Counted from the first letter of the stretch, positions 20,483 to 31,981 are shown. The stretch: 64,000 bases of DNA from Candidatus Velthaea sp. (GCA_965214935.1 CBDCCS010000020.1:1-64000), one strand, 5' to 3'. Notes: a model not told the origin generated them from the sequence alone. Made by a program: numbers and translations.

Positions 20483-21739
20483 TGAGCTTGACCCGGTTTC
20501 CCGGACACACACATAGCGCTGGCGAAGAACCAGCCTACGAGGTGCCATGGGAAAAGAACGTCGATCATTTAGCGAGGAGTTTAAGCAAGCCGCGGTTCGT
20601 CGCGTAGCCGCCGGCGAGCACGGTTTGTCGCACATCGCCCGCGAGATGGGAATCCACCCTTCGCTGCTGCAGACGTGGCGGCGAAAGTACGGCTCAACCG
20701 GTTCCGCGAAAGCGGCGGTAAAGCCACCGACGTCACTTGAAGATGAAAACCGCCGTCTGCGTCGCGAAAACGCAGCTTTACGTGAAGATCGCGAAATATT
20801 AAAAAAAGCCGCGGCGTTCTTTGCGAAGGAATCCCGATGAAATACGCGTTCATCGAGGAGCAAAGAACGCAGCACAGCGTACGCCGGATGTGCAAGCTTC
20901 TCAGCGTTTCGCCCGCCGGATACTATGAGTGGCGCGGTCGGCCGCCGAGCCCGCGAGCACTTGTAGACGCTACGATTGCGGCCAATATAAAGCGCGTGCA
21001 CGCCGAGAGCCGACGAACGTACGGGCGGCCACGGATCCATGCCGAGTTGGCTGCTCAAGGGCTGCGGATCGGCCAAAAGCGTGTCGGCCGTCTGATGAAA
21101 AAGGCTGGAATCGCCGGCATTCGCCCAAGACGCTTCCGCAAGACGACCGATTCGGGTCATGCCCTCCCGATCGCCGAGAACGTGCTCGCGCGGCAGTTCG
21201 ATGTGATTGAGATCGCTGAGAAGAATCGCGTCTGGGCTGGCGATATTACGTACTTGCCAACGCGTGAGGGCTGGCTGTATCTGGCGGTGGTGCTGGATCT
21301 TGTTTCCCGTCGCGTTATCGGATGGTCGATGCAATCCACGATGGAGCGGACTCTCGTAATTGACGCGTTGAAATCCGCGATTAAGAGCAGACGAACAACC
21401 CAAGGAACGCTCTTTCACTCTGATCGGGGAAGCCAATACGCTAGCGAGGATTTCCGCACTGTTCTCACAGCACACGGAATGAAGGCGAGCATGAGTCGGA
21501 AAGCTGAATGCTGGGATAATGCCGTAGTCGAGAGCTTCTTTGGTACGATGAAGACGGAGCTCGGTGATCCGATATGGGAAAGTCGAGCCATCGCACGCGC
21601 AGTTATTTTCGACTATATTGAGATCTGGTACAATCGTAAGCGCCGACACTCTACGCTCGGCTATGTCAGCCCGGAACAATACGAGTCGACGCTGCCGATC
21701 GCAGCTTAGCAAATCGTCCGGGAAACCGGGTCAAGCTCA
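20483..21739 (+). mobile_element. IS3-family element B, copy 2 (OrfA 20547..20840, OrfB 20837..21709)
   Basis: Near-identical to copy 1 (one substitution noticed, GAC->GCC in OrfA); same 24-bp IRs; flanks GAT/AGG differ, so no target duplication. Confidence 0.97.
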
Positions 21740-22734
21740 AGGAGACATCACTAAGCCAGCTCGATCTTGTATACAAGACCGCGGTAAAAGCAATGCGTCT
21801 TCCAGATCGAAAAAGTGCTGACCTCGGTGAGGTAGCGACGAAGATCGATAAGAAGTCCGTCGTATACCAAGAATTCATCGGATCCATTACTAACTCTGAT
21901 TGTGCTCTAGATCCTATATTTCCCGCTTCGCTCGATCTTTATGAACGGTTACGCGTTGGCGACTACTTTGTCGATGCTATCAGGACATTCTGGGACGGCG
22001 GTCGTCTAAGCATTCCGGGACTACGGAAAGAGATGCGACGTTTTAACGCCGAGCATTTCGCGTTAAAAACGCCAAACTATGGCCAGCTCGCTACAGAACG
22101 ATTTGTTTTCGCCGCCGGTTTACTCCGAGCCGCCGGCTATAAGGGCTGGGTAATACTACTCGACGAGATTGAGCTAGTCGCGCGATTTCCACTGAATGCG
22201 CGAGCTCAGTCGTATGTTAATTTGATGTGGCTGCTCGGTTATGGGACGACACCCATCGCAAATGCCTTCACGGTGGCTGCCGCTACAAACGAGTTCACGG
22301 GCGAAATCCTGGTCGACAAGCGCGATCAAGATGTAATTCCGCGCTCGCGAATGGCTCTTCGGAATCCCGAGCTGGCGCAACTTGCAGTAGCAGCACTCGG
22401 CAAGCTTGATGAGAATGCTGGTGCATGGGAGCGAATCATCGCGCAGGATCGTTCAGAACTAGATCGGCTGTACTCTCGCGTGAGGGAACTATATAAGAAC
22501 GCTTTTGATTGGCATTTAGCAAGCTCAAGCCGACCGGCTGATAATGGTGTTCCGCGAAGCATGAGAATTCACATTCGAGAGTGGATAACGCGCTGGGATC
22601 TCTTACGACTTGATTCTTCATATGTTGCAAGCATTTCATCAAGGGTACTTAAACCGGACTTGACAGAGCAGATCGGTATAGACGAATCCGATGATCAGCC
22701 AAGTGACGATCGGACAGATTTGTTAGCAGGCTGA
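21740..22734 (+). pseudogene. C-terminal part of a DUF2791/BrxD-like P-loop ATPase; 5' part (Walker A) lost
   Basis: LLRAAGYKGWVILLDEIELV...RAQSYVNL Walker-B region typical of BrxD-like proteins; starts just after the IS end. Confidence 0.6.
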
Positions 22735-22789
22735 GAGTTTGCAGCACCCGTATGTTGTTCGCCTAAAAACTGCTGCTGATGAGAAAGGC

Positions 22790-23095
22790 GTAAGCGTCTG
22801 TTGTAGGCCTCTGGCGCTTGAGCCGTTCTTCCAAGATGATGCAAAACGTCGCTAAGCATCGCGTGGAGTTCATGGCAGCAACTAAGTAGGAGAGGCACGC
22901 ATGGCTCGACGCGACTGGCCGCTAACGGAGAAACGTCGAATCGTCGGAGCGCGTGTCGGCCGGCGCATCGGCGGTCGAAATTGCCCGCGCACACTCGCCG
23001 CATCCCAGTATCGTGCATCAATGTCAACACCTCTATCGCGCCAGCAAGCTCAATGGTAAGCGTTCGGTGTAGGCCGTTTGGCGCTTGAGCCGCAT
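22790..23095 (+). mobile_element. Two degraded IS66 left ends with a tnpA remnant
   Basis: GTAAGCGTC.. at 22790 and GTAAGCGTT.. at 23056; clearly similar to 37698-37930. Confidence 0.7.
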
Positions 23096-23097
23096 AG

Positions 23098-23344
23098 CCG
23101 TTGAGGGGGTGAAAGCGGCTGCTTCGGGCGCCAGCAGCGCTTCTTTGACGTCGAGGTCGCCGGTTCGGGCGCCGAGGATCCGCCCCGCCGCTGCGCGCAA
23201 CGCGGCCAGATCGGTTCGCAGCAGCGTCCGCTCCCAAACGAACATCTTGCCGTCGGTCTGCCACGCCCTGGCCCCGCGCGACGTTGCTTCCGTCGTCCCG
23301 GGGAGGCCGAGCGCAAGACGCCGCACGTCGTCCCATGTTGCCAT
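23098..23344 (-). pseudogene. MmcQ/YjbR-family protein, 3' truncated at the IS66 end
   Basis: MATWDDVRRLALGLPGTTE...KMFVWER...LGARTGDLDVKEALLA. Confidence 0.7.
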
Positions 23345-23483
23345 GCCGAAGGCTTCGCGCCGCTTCGGGCGGCGTCCACCGGCGGCCGTCAACGTGTCCA
23401 CGCTTCCCAAGGCGGCTCGCAGCGTCGAAGCCGGGACGTTCGTACGGGACGCTTTTTGGGCACCCTTCACCTAAAATTGAAGA

Positions 23484-24420
23484 ATGAATTCGCCCGATTC
23501 GAGTCGCCGGCGCATTTTGCGCATCCTCGCCGCGGTGTTCGTGCTGCTGCCGGCCGCCTTCGCCCGCGCGGAGGCCGGCGCACCTCGCGGTGCGCTTCCG
23601 GATATTGTCGCGAACGACAATCGCGTCGCCACGGGCACGGCCGATTCGGCCGGCGTCACCATTGCGCTCATCGCCCGGCGCGGACGGTGGTATCCCGACG
23701 GTCTGCGGACGCTGGGCGCGCCGATGAACGCACTCGGGGCCGGCAAGCCGCTCCGGACCCCGCTCCGCTCTTCCGCGTTCCGGCCGGCACACGGGTGACG
23801 ATCCAGGTGCGCAACGCGCTGCTTGGGGGAACGCTGCACACGGCTTTGCGAGCGAATCGATGGGCGACTTCCCGATCTCGATCGCCAGCGGTCAGGAGCG
23901 GGTCATCCGCTTCGCCGCGACACGCCGGGAACGTACGTATACTGAGCCTCGGACAAAACCGCGTCGCCGGCGACACGCCTCGGCCGCGACGCGGGTTGTC
24001 GGGCGCGATCGTCGCCGACGATCCGCGGCGACCACGGCCGGCGGACCGCGTGTTCGTCATCAACACGTGGATCGGCGTGATGCGCAAGGACGGCACGCCC
24101 AACTTTTCCTACGAGCTTGAAGCGATCAACGGCCGCTCCTGGCCGGCGAGGGAGCCGCTGACGTACACTGTAAGTTCCGTCGTGCGCTAGCGCATCGCCA
24201 ACGGCGGACTCGAACCGCACGCGATGCACTTGCATGGTTTCCCGTTCACGCTTGACGCGGTCGGCGACGGCGTGCACGCTCTGTTGCTCACCGGTCGTCC
24301 CGCGCGGCGCAAAGTCACGGCACTGGCACGCGGCGCGCGCGGGGATGTGGATGTTCCATTGCCACGTCGCGCCGCACATCCTCGCGCATTTCGCCGATGG
24401 CCGTCTCGTGGCCGGCCGTC
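23484..24420 (+). pseudogene. Secreted multicopper-oxidase-like pseudogene
   Basis: Signal peptide, ANDNR, AINGRSWPA, HAMHLHGF, GMWMFHCHV..H spread over several frames, with stops and a deletion. Confidence 0.7.
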
Positions 24421-24815
24421 GTATCTTTAAAGAGCGACTCACCTCAACACGCCACGGACGATCTGCTTTGCGGCAACCGCGGTATCGCACCAAAGCGCAT
24501 GCTGCCGAACCGACGGCTGTTCGCCCCTTCTTCTCGCTTAGCATGAGAACGCCAGCGCCGCACGCGCCGCTTCGTGGGTCGCAAACTTCTGTACCGCGCC
24601 CCTTGTCCCGCAGTACGTCGAGTGCCCGCGACATAACCCTGGCTCACGAATCGCCCGCGAATCGCGCAACCATTCCTTACTTGCCCGCCGCGTCTTGTGC
24701 CAGTCCAACGCGCCATGCTCCTTGGCCAATCGGCGTAGCACCCCCGTGGCGACACTCTCGGGCTGCGAGGTTGTCTCCCAATCACAACACGACCGGTAAC
24801 CAGGACGTCGCTGGG

Positions 24816-24843
24816 AAAAGAAAAAAGCCCGTGAATACGAGCT
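24816..24843 (-). terminator. Terminator downstream of the displaced tRNA fragment
   Basis: Minus strand AGCTCGT-attc-ACGGGCT-TTTTTCTTTT. Confidence 0.65.
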
Positions 24844-24849
24844 GTGTCA

Positions 24850-24897
24850 TGGAGCCGACGAGCGGATTTGAACCGCTGACCTGCTGATTACGAATCA
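24850..24897 (-). repeat. att site: 48-bp exact duplicate of the tRNA-Thr 3' half
   Basis: TGGAGCCGACGAGCGGATTTGAACCGCTGACCTGCTGATTACGAATCA is identical to 40424-40471. Confidence 0.96.
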
Positions 24898-25402
24898 TAT
24901 TTAGGGACTTTTCGAAATGGCAGAATCGTTGATTTATAACGTTTTTTTTCCCACCGTGATCCGCCCGAGTCCACCGGAATTCGACTCATTGCCTGTACGA
25001 TAGCCTGTACACATTAACTGTTTGAGGAAATCGGCTTGAGCGCGTTTTCGGGCACGAGGAATCGGCCCCGTCGGTCGACAGGACGCGCTCGTTTGCCGTC
25101 TCACGGGAAAGATGACACCAACGCGAATGACTCGATGATGACCGCCGCGTTTCCGGGAGCTTACCGAGGTTTGCGCGACTCATCTGGATAGGCTTTGAAC
25201 GTGACCTCGAACGAGGACCGTTGAAGCTGTGCGTGGGCGCGCAGGCTCCGAACATGCCGAAGCGAGTACGGGGTGACCACGCAATCCTCGTTCGGTACGA
25301 ACAAAACAGGCGATCAGTGTGCCAACGATATCGATTTGGGTTGCTAGCAGCCGCTATTACGTCCGGAGTGACGCCCGCAAACACGTTCTGGAGCCGGTCA
25401 GG

Positions 25403-25897
25403 TTGAAGTTTCTTGTCGCGACGTTTGCTGCGGGGCTCGTGTCGGTCACGGCAAGCACAACCTTGGCGATGGCCTGGACTCTGCCCAACTCGTCGACGAC
25501 GCCCGGCGCGATCGGATCGAGTGATCCAACCATCGTCTGCGTTCGCGGCTATTCGCGCTCGGTGCGGCCACCGTACAGCTACACTTGGCGCAAGTTTCGT
25601 GTCAGCGTCTTTCGCGCGTACGGCATCCCGCACGAGCAGTGGCGCGGCTATACGCTCGATCACCTCATCCCGCTAGAGCTCGGCGGCGCACCCGAGGATC
25701 TGCGGAACGTCTGGCCGGAGCCGAAAGCCGATGCGAAGCGCAAGGACGAGGTCGAAGGCGCCCTGCTCGCCGCAGCCTGCTACCAGCATACGCTGACTCT
25801 GGCGGCGGCGCAGGCCGCGATCGCGCGCAACTGGACCACGACGCCGGTGGGGCTGCCGGTGATTCGAGCGGATCACTACCATCGGAGCAGCGAATAA
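25403..25897 (+). CDS. Secreted HNH-like protein
   Basis: Signal peptide, TPGA...VCVRGYSRSVRP, YTLDHLIPLELGGAPEDLRNVWPEP, KDEVE; TTG start at 25403 inferred. Confidence 0.7.
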   Translation: MKFLVATFAAGLVSVTASTTLAMAWTLPNSSTTPGAIGSSDPTIVCVRGYSRSVRPPYSYTWRKFRVSVFRAYGIPHEQWRGYTLDHLIPLELGGAPEDLRNVWPEPKADAKRKDEVEGALLAAACYQHTLTLAAAQAAIARNWTTTPVGLPVIRADHYHRSSE

Positions 25898-25939
25898 CGT
25901 CGGCGGGCGGCTACAGAGTGCCACCCAGGTGGCCGTCAA

Positions 25940-26146
25940 ATGCGTCATACTGATGTTATGGATCAGCACAACCCATTAACGGACCCGACCTCATTCATCG
26001 CCTACCGGCTCGCAAATGGCGACTCGTCGCTGGGGACTAAATCAGCTCACGCCGCAGCCGGCAACACGCGGATGGCGTCCCCCGGAATCGTCGCGTTCGG
26101 ATTCCTGATCGCCGCGATCATAGCGATCACGGTGCTAGTGTTATAG
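25940..26146 (+). CDS. Small protein with one C-terminal transmembrane helix
   Basis: GIVAFGFLIAAIIAITVLVL at the C terminus; no family recognised. Confidence 0.3.
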   Translation: MRHTDVMDQHNPLTDPTSFIAYRLANGDSSLGTKSAHAAAGNTRMASPGIVAFGFLIAAIIAITVLVL

Positions 26147-26472
26147 AACGTCCCCGATATCAACGATCAGCAACGGAGAATGCTGCATCGAAGTGGTTTT
26201 AGGTTCCGCTGCGGCTGGCGAGGCCGAGCCTGGCACCCTGGCACGCCGCGTGCCTCCACCGGGCGGCCAGTGCAGCGCCCGGTCTTCAACGACGTATCGC
26301 GATCTGGCAGATCACGCCCCAGGCCGGAGACTCATCGCTAGCATCGGCGACCGGACTCGGCCCGAATCCCCCGAGCGAAGCGAAACCGCGTCCTGCGGAT
26401 TACGCTAACTACGCGAGCGCCGACTTTGCAACACTGGTCTGTTAAGCATTTATCTTGGTTCTTGACTACCTC

Positions 26473-28924
26473 TTAGAAGAACGCTCGGATTTCTGCAATC
26501 GCAGACTCGAGCGTTGACTCTCGCGGAAACCAAGTGCTAGCTTCGGTGATACAACGCTGAAGTTCGACACGTTGTTGTTGCCTCAGTGTACCTCCGGCGA
26601 CAAAGTAGTCGCGCGTTCCGCGAAATAACGTAGCGAACGGTTGGATACTTGTGCGGGATGGACGCTCCCTTTCGGCTGCAATCGCCTGTGTTAGACAAGT
26701 AAAAGCTTCCCGATATGCAGCATTACGAAGTCCCGGTTCTGCTTTCATTTGAGCAATGAGAACCTTGCCTAGCGTGGTGAGCGGTAACGGGTGAAACTCA
26801 ATCGAAACAGCGAATCTTGCATGCTGTATCGCTGCGGTGAGATATTCTCCGCCAGTTAGGCGGTCAGAAAAATAACGAGCGAGTGCCCGTAGCGCGAGTT
26901 GCTCCCAATATCTTGAGTTCCATTGCCATTGCAACTTTGTGTCGGCATAAAACTGGTCTGCCAAGTCTCCAAGAAAGGGATGTACCACTTGATCGTAGTC
27001 GAAGAGTCGATTAGCTATACGAGCCTCCGCACTCCTCGATCTTATGGTGCGCCGATTGATGCGAGCTGATATACCATTCGCAAGTTTGACGAAAGCGGCG
27101 AGAAGTTGATTCTTGTCGCTCCTTTCAAGAACTCTCGTCGCCAGAGATGCGCTTATTGGAACAATGAATGAACCGTTAGACCTTTCCAAGTAGCACAAAG
27201 GCAGGGCGCTCTCTTTGGAGAATTGTTCATCCCAGCGCCCCCGTCCCGTGGTAATGGCGAGCACGTCGAAACGAACGCCCCCTCGGAAGCAGTGTTGTGC
27301 CAACGCGGCGACAAGGTAGCGTTCCCGATGCAGCTCATCGGACTCTTCAATTAGTGAATCAACAATGCGATCGAGCGGTTTGAAATCGTTCAAGATTCGG
27401 CAGCAAGCGACAGCGATCGAATCGGTTGAAATTAATACGGAAAATCGGTCACGATTTCCGATAGCTTCACGTGCTCCCAATAGCCCTGCGTTCGCGTAAG
27501 ATGCAATGAGTTGATCGACCTCCTGAGGCGTCAGGCCTAGGCCGTCTATCTGACAAAATGGCACATTGCCAATCGCGCTCATCACATACTCCCTGCGATA
27601 GTAGCGTTCAGCGCACAAAATCGCGACATCTCGCTTAGTTAACTGATTTACAACTTCGCATATTGAGTTAGCCTGGTCTGCAAGATTATCGACGACGATC
27701 ACGAGCGGGCCAGAAATACCGTTAAGAGCTTTTTGCCGTGCGAGTTGGCTCTACACTACTAAGCGCAGAGCACATTATAACATTGATACCGCGGTTCGCG
27801 AAATCAAACGCAGCCCTTCGCAAGATGGTGGTTTTTCCCGATCCAGTCGACTCCATCAGAAGGACAATCCGATGTGGCTCACTCGGATTTAAACAGCGGT
27901 CAACCTCAGCAACGACGCGCGTGGTTGCATCGCGACCAATATCCAAGGAATCCGCAAGGTCGGGCCAACTCGGTGGATGGCCATAGAAGAATCGTGAGCT
28001 GATTATCTTTTGGGAAGTTCCTTGTAGATGAGCTGGCACGAGCTCGAAGTCCGAGCCAAAGGACATCGCGTCTCGTGCAGGTATACTTTCTGGCAGCAAG
28101 TCTCGGAGCGAAATGTCTACGAGTTCTATCGGGCGCGGGCGATGAGGTACATGCTTATCCAAATAGTCAAAGAATTCGACTGCGTCTCCCTCGAATAGCA
28201 GCATTCCATGAGCGTCGCAGTACTGTTTCGTAATTGCGTCCGGTGAACGGTCGACGAAGATTGATGGACCGCGATCACTTCGTGGTGTCACCGCTGTTCG
28301 GTGCGCGACATAATACTCAAGGTCAACTTCGTCGAGGGAAGTCCCGGCGATGATGAACGGCTCGACAGCGAGAAAGGCGCTAAGGGTAACCATCCAAGCG
28401 TTTATCGATGATATTTGCCGAGCATACTCACTTGCAGAAAATACGTATTGTTGATTCGGTGAGCGAACCCATCCGTGCAGATGTATTATAGGAACATCGA
28501 GTAAACTACCTGACTCTACGTAGGGGTCCTGGTAATTGAACGTCGTTGCCCGTTGTAAAAGGGACGATTGTGCGTAAGCGACTTCGACCGCATCGTCGAT
28601 GTTCCACGTGTACACGCGTCGCCAAAGGAACTGAGTAATCTTAAGCACCGACGGTCCAGGTTTCTCAACACAAAAATGGGGTGTTACGTGTTCGGCAATC
28701 TCTGCTGCTGTCAAAGTCGAGAATACACGCTGTAACGTTGAGGCCGGTTTAGCGCCCTTAAGTGTGCAAAGCTGCTGCTTGAGGGCTTCTGAGCCTGGGA
28801 CTTTGGCTGAGGAAAAATTGCACGAATCCAGGCTCACACCAGCGCCGATAAGCAGGTTATAATGTCCCGCACGAATCGAAGGTGCAATTTTCTCGATATA
28901 TGGATCTGTAAATTCGCTATTCAC
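26473..28924 (-). CDS. SIR2-like domain + P-loop NTPase + helical C-terminus (~815 aa); one frameshift at an A5 run near 27730
   Basis: LLIGAGVS, YTWNIDDAVE, IIHLHG, IAGTSLDEVDL (SIR2_2-type); STGSGKTT Walker A; LVIVVDN Walker B restored by removing one A. Confidence 0.8.
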
Positions 28925-29686
28925 GATGCGGTCCCCGAGTCGTCACTTCCAGAAGTCTGCAAGCACTTCGCTTCTTGATCGATGCATCAGCTCATCTTAA
29001 GGCATTTCGAGCCGCCGCCGGATGATTCTACAGCGTTCCGGGTCGTCGGCAAGCCGCACCCCCGTGTGGCACGACGTGAAGGGGCGCACCGGCTCATTGC
29101 GCCCCAACAAACGCTGCTCGCGGCCAAAAGCGCGCAATCCCCTCCTTTTCCGCGCGCACACGGTCGCAGGGGCATTCACGTTGCCGTCGCCATCGGCGGC
29201 GATTGCAAAAAACAGCGAGTCTCCGCGCGGTAATCGCTGTGTCCTCACACACGCGAAGCCCTGTCGTGGTGAGTATGAGAGATAGCACGCGTCGTGCTGG
29301 TGAGCACTCGGCACCAGCGGGCGAACTCGTGGCGGGGGCCGGGTGGCAGGACCGGGTGTCGCACGCTGCCGGATTGCCCGCCAGCGGGTTCTTCTCCCGG
29401 CTTGGTGTCCCGATCGCCGCAGCCTTCATGCAGCGCGAATCAACGATGTCACGCACTTAGCACACGAGTAGCAGCTCATGAGGTGATGAGTTGCGAGGCG
29501 TGCATGACCGAAGAGACGCCGCCCATGCTGTGCCTGGGGCGGTGCCCGCGCGCAAGTTGGAAACGACATCCGAGATTTGCACCCCTCGCGGCATTTGAGA
29601 TTTGAACCCCTAAGCGCATAGAAGCAGGGCGCCCCTCCCGAAGGCGACGGTAACGACACTGCCGCTCGAGAGGAGCGCCCCAAGGG

Positions 29687-31183
29687 GTGATTACCATGGA
29701 AGTTTGGGAGTCCATTCGACTTCGTTGCCGGCGCGACGGAGAGCAGATCAAACCAACGGCCCGAGAACTGGGCATTGCACCAAATACGCTTCGCAAATAT
29801 TTACGACAGGACACGCCGCCTAAATCAAAGACGCTGATGCGCCCTAAAGTGTTAGACCGCTATCAGCAACATGTCGACGACTTAATTCGATCAACGCCGC
29901 AGATAACTGCCGCTCGCGTCGGAAGTTATCTACGCCAAAATGTCGATGCAGATCTTAGCATCGGCGAACGCGCATTGCGCATTTACGTCGCCCACCGCCG
30001 CGAGATCCTCGTACCAAAAGAAGCGTTTATCCGCGCGGCATATGCGCCGGGAGACCAATCCCAATTTGATTTCTCACCAATGTCGGTGTATCTGGGCGGT
30101 GCTCTGGTCGTTGTGCAAGTATTCGTGCTGCGCCTCAGCTACAGCGGTCGGTTCATGGCTCGGGCTTCGATGCGGTGCGACCAGCCGGCGCTTTTCGCTG
30201 GTCTGCTTGCCGGTTTCACGACGTTTGGAGGATTGACGCGCTGCGCGATTTTCGACAACGCGTCGACGGCGGTGAAGCGCGTCTTACGTGGGCGCAATCG
30301 CACGGAGAACAAAGCGTTTACCGCGTTTCGCGGCGGTTTAGCGCTTCACGTCGCGTTCGCCGCTCCCGCCAAAGGCAACGAGAAAGGCGGCGTGGAGGGC
30401 GTTCATGGCTACATCGAGGACAACTTCTTCCGGCCAATTCCCGCCTTTGCCGATCTCAATGAGTTGAACGACGCGCTTGCGCGCTTCTGTGATACGAACC
30501 TCGACCGCGAGCATTCCACCTTTCACGAGAAGATCGGCGACCGTTTCGCTCGCGAGAAGCCGATCTTGCTGCCACTGCCAACGATTTTGCCACGAGCCTG
30601 CGTTACGCGGTACGCGAGGATCAACAAGTTCGCCGAAGTAATCTACGAGTCCAACGTTTACTCGGTGCCAACGAAGTACGCTCACCGTCATGCCGTTATC
30701 GAAATCTACGAGAATAAATTACGCATCATTGTCGAGAATGAGTCGATAGCCCAACATCCACGGGGCTTTGGCCACGACGAGCGGTTCTTGGATCCGCGCC
30801 ATTACGTTGCTCTGCTCGCTCATAAACATCGAGCGGCTGAAACCGCGCTGGTGCTCAGTGATGGACGCATTCCAAAGGAGCTTCATGACCTCCTCGATCG
30901 TTATCGCGAGGCGGATCCTGGAGCTGCAACCAAACGTTGGACTCAGGTGCTGGCGCTGCTCGCCGACGCGCCTATCGATGAACTCGTGCAGGTCATAACG
31001 CATGCACGGGCACGCGGAACTGACGATCCCGCAGCGATCGCGCTTCTCTTGCGTCAGCATCAAGCACCGACGCAGAAGCCAAGCATTGAGCTGCACCTCC
31101 TTCCCGCATCTGCACGCATCGCAACCACAAATCCCGACCTGAATGCGTACGCTACGGCGGCTTTGATGGAAGGTGCGGCATGA
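29687..31183 (+). CDS. istA: IS21 transposase IstA
   Basis: HTH, PGDQSQFDF, FDNAS, GNEKGGVEG, YSVP. Confidence 0.93.
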   Translation: MITMEVWESIRLRCRRDGEQIKPTARELGIAPNTLRKYLRQDTPPKSKTLMRPKVLDRYQQHVDDLIRSTPQITAARVGSYLRQNVDADLSIGERALRIYVAHRREILVPKEAFIRAAYAPGDQSQFDFSPMSVYLGGALVVVQVFVLRLSYSGRFMARASMRCDQPALFAGLLAGFTTFGGLTRCAIFDNASTAVKRVLRGRNRTENKAFTAFRGGLALHVAFAAPAKGNEKGGVEGVHGYIEDNFFRPIPAFADLNELNDALARFCDTNLDREHSTFHEKIGDRFAREKPILLPLPTILPRACVTRYARINKFAEVIYESNVYSVPTKYAHRHAVIEIYENKLRIIVENESIAQHPRGFGHDERFLDPRHYVALLAHKHRAAETALVLSDGRIPKELHDLLDRYREADPGAATKRWTQVLALLADAPIDELVQVITHARARGTDDPAAIALLLRQHQAPTQKPSIELHLLPASARIATTNPDLNAYATAALMEGAA

Positions 31184-31920
31184 TGGAAGCGCCGCTTTTG
31201 GAGATGCAACTCCGCAGCTTGCACCTACCGACTGTACTTACGAACTACCGCCGGCTTCTCGGTGACCACGCCGAGCCGTTACCCTACTTGTGCGATCTCA
31301 TTTCACTCGAGGCTGCGAAGCGACAGGAGAACGGCGTTCGCGCGCGCATCGCTGCGGCTCATTTTCCAACGATCAAGACGATCGAATCGTTTGACTTTAC
31401 GCTGCAGCCGGAGTTGCCCAAAGCCAAGCTACTTGAACACTTCGACGGAACGTTCGTGGAAGGACGTCGCAATCTCATTCTCAGCGGACCACCCGGCGTG
31501 GGCAAGAGTCACGTTCTCAGCGCACTTGGCTTGGCAATGTGTACTCGCGGCTACCGGGTATACTTTACAACGGCGGCCGCGTTGCTAATGAAGCTCATCG
31601 CTGCTAAACGAACCGCGAATCTTGACAGACATTACCGCAGTCTGGATCGACTTGACCTGTTGCTAATTGACGAGCTTGGATACGTGCCATTCGAACGCGA
31701 AGCGACAGACTTACTTTTTCAACTCATCTCGCAACGCTACGAGCGACGAAGTATCGCGCTGACAACCAATCTCCCGTTTGAAAAATGGACACAAGTGTTT
31801 CCGGACGAGATGACAGCAACGGCCGTCATCGATCGACTTGTCCATCATGGCTCCGTATTCGCATTCACGGGTCAAAGCCACCGACTCCGAAGCCGCGGGA
31901 AATCCTCCAAGAGCGCCTAA
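31180..31920 (+). CDS. istB: IS21 helper ATPase IstB
   Basis: GPPGVGKSH, LLLIDELGY, TTNLPF, AVIDRLVHH, SHR. Confidence 0.95.
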   Translation: MMEAPLLEMQLRSLHLPTVLTNYRRLLGDHAEPLPYLCDLISLEAAKRQENGVRARIAAAHFPTIKTIESFDFTLQPELPKAKLLEHFDGTFVEGRRNLILSGPPGVGKSHVLSALGLAMCTRGYRVYFTTAAALLMKLIAAKRTANLDRHYRSLDRLDLLLIDELGYVPFEREATDLLFQLISQRYERRSIALTTNLPFEKWTQVFPDEMTATAVIDRLVHHGSVFAFTGQSHRLRSRGKSSKSA

Positions 31921-31981
31921 CTGCCCTAGGGGTTCAATTCTCGGCGACCGTTACAGGTTCAAATCTCAAGTGCCGTTTCCA

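Larger units (their letters stand above)
29558..31981 (+). mobile_element. IS21-family element
   Basis: Ends TGGAAACG../..CGTTTCCA with internal repeats GAGATTTG(C/A)ACC; istA-istB; no target duplication seen. Confidence 0.9.

Noticed and set aside
17342..21739. Composite transposon formed by the two IS-B copies
   Set aside because: Copy 1 has its own CCT duplication and the outer flanks (CCT/AGG) do not match, so the insertions are independent
24850..24897. Second tRNA gene
   Set aside because: It lacks the D arm and 5' acceptor strand; it is the att duplicate
28930..29557. Possible oriT or ncRNA between the SIR2 gene and IS21
   Set aside because: Only short GC-rich hairpins, no recognisable motif and no relaxase; cannot be supported
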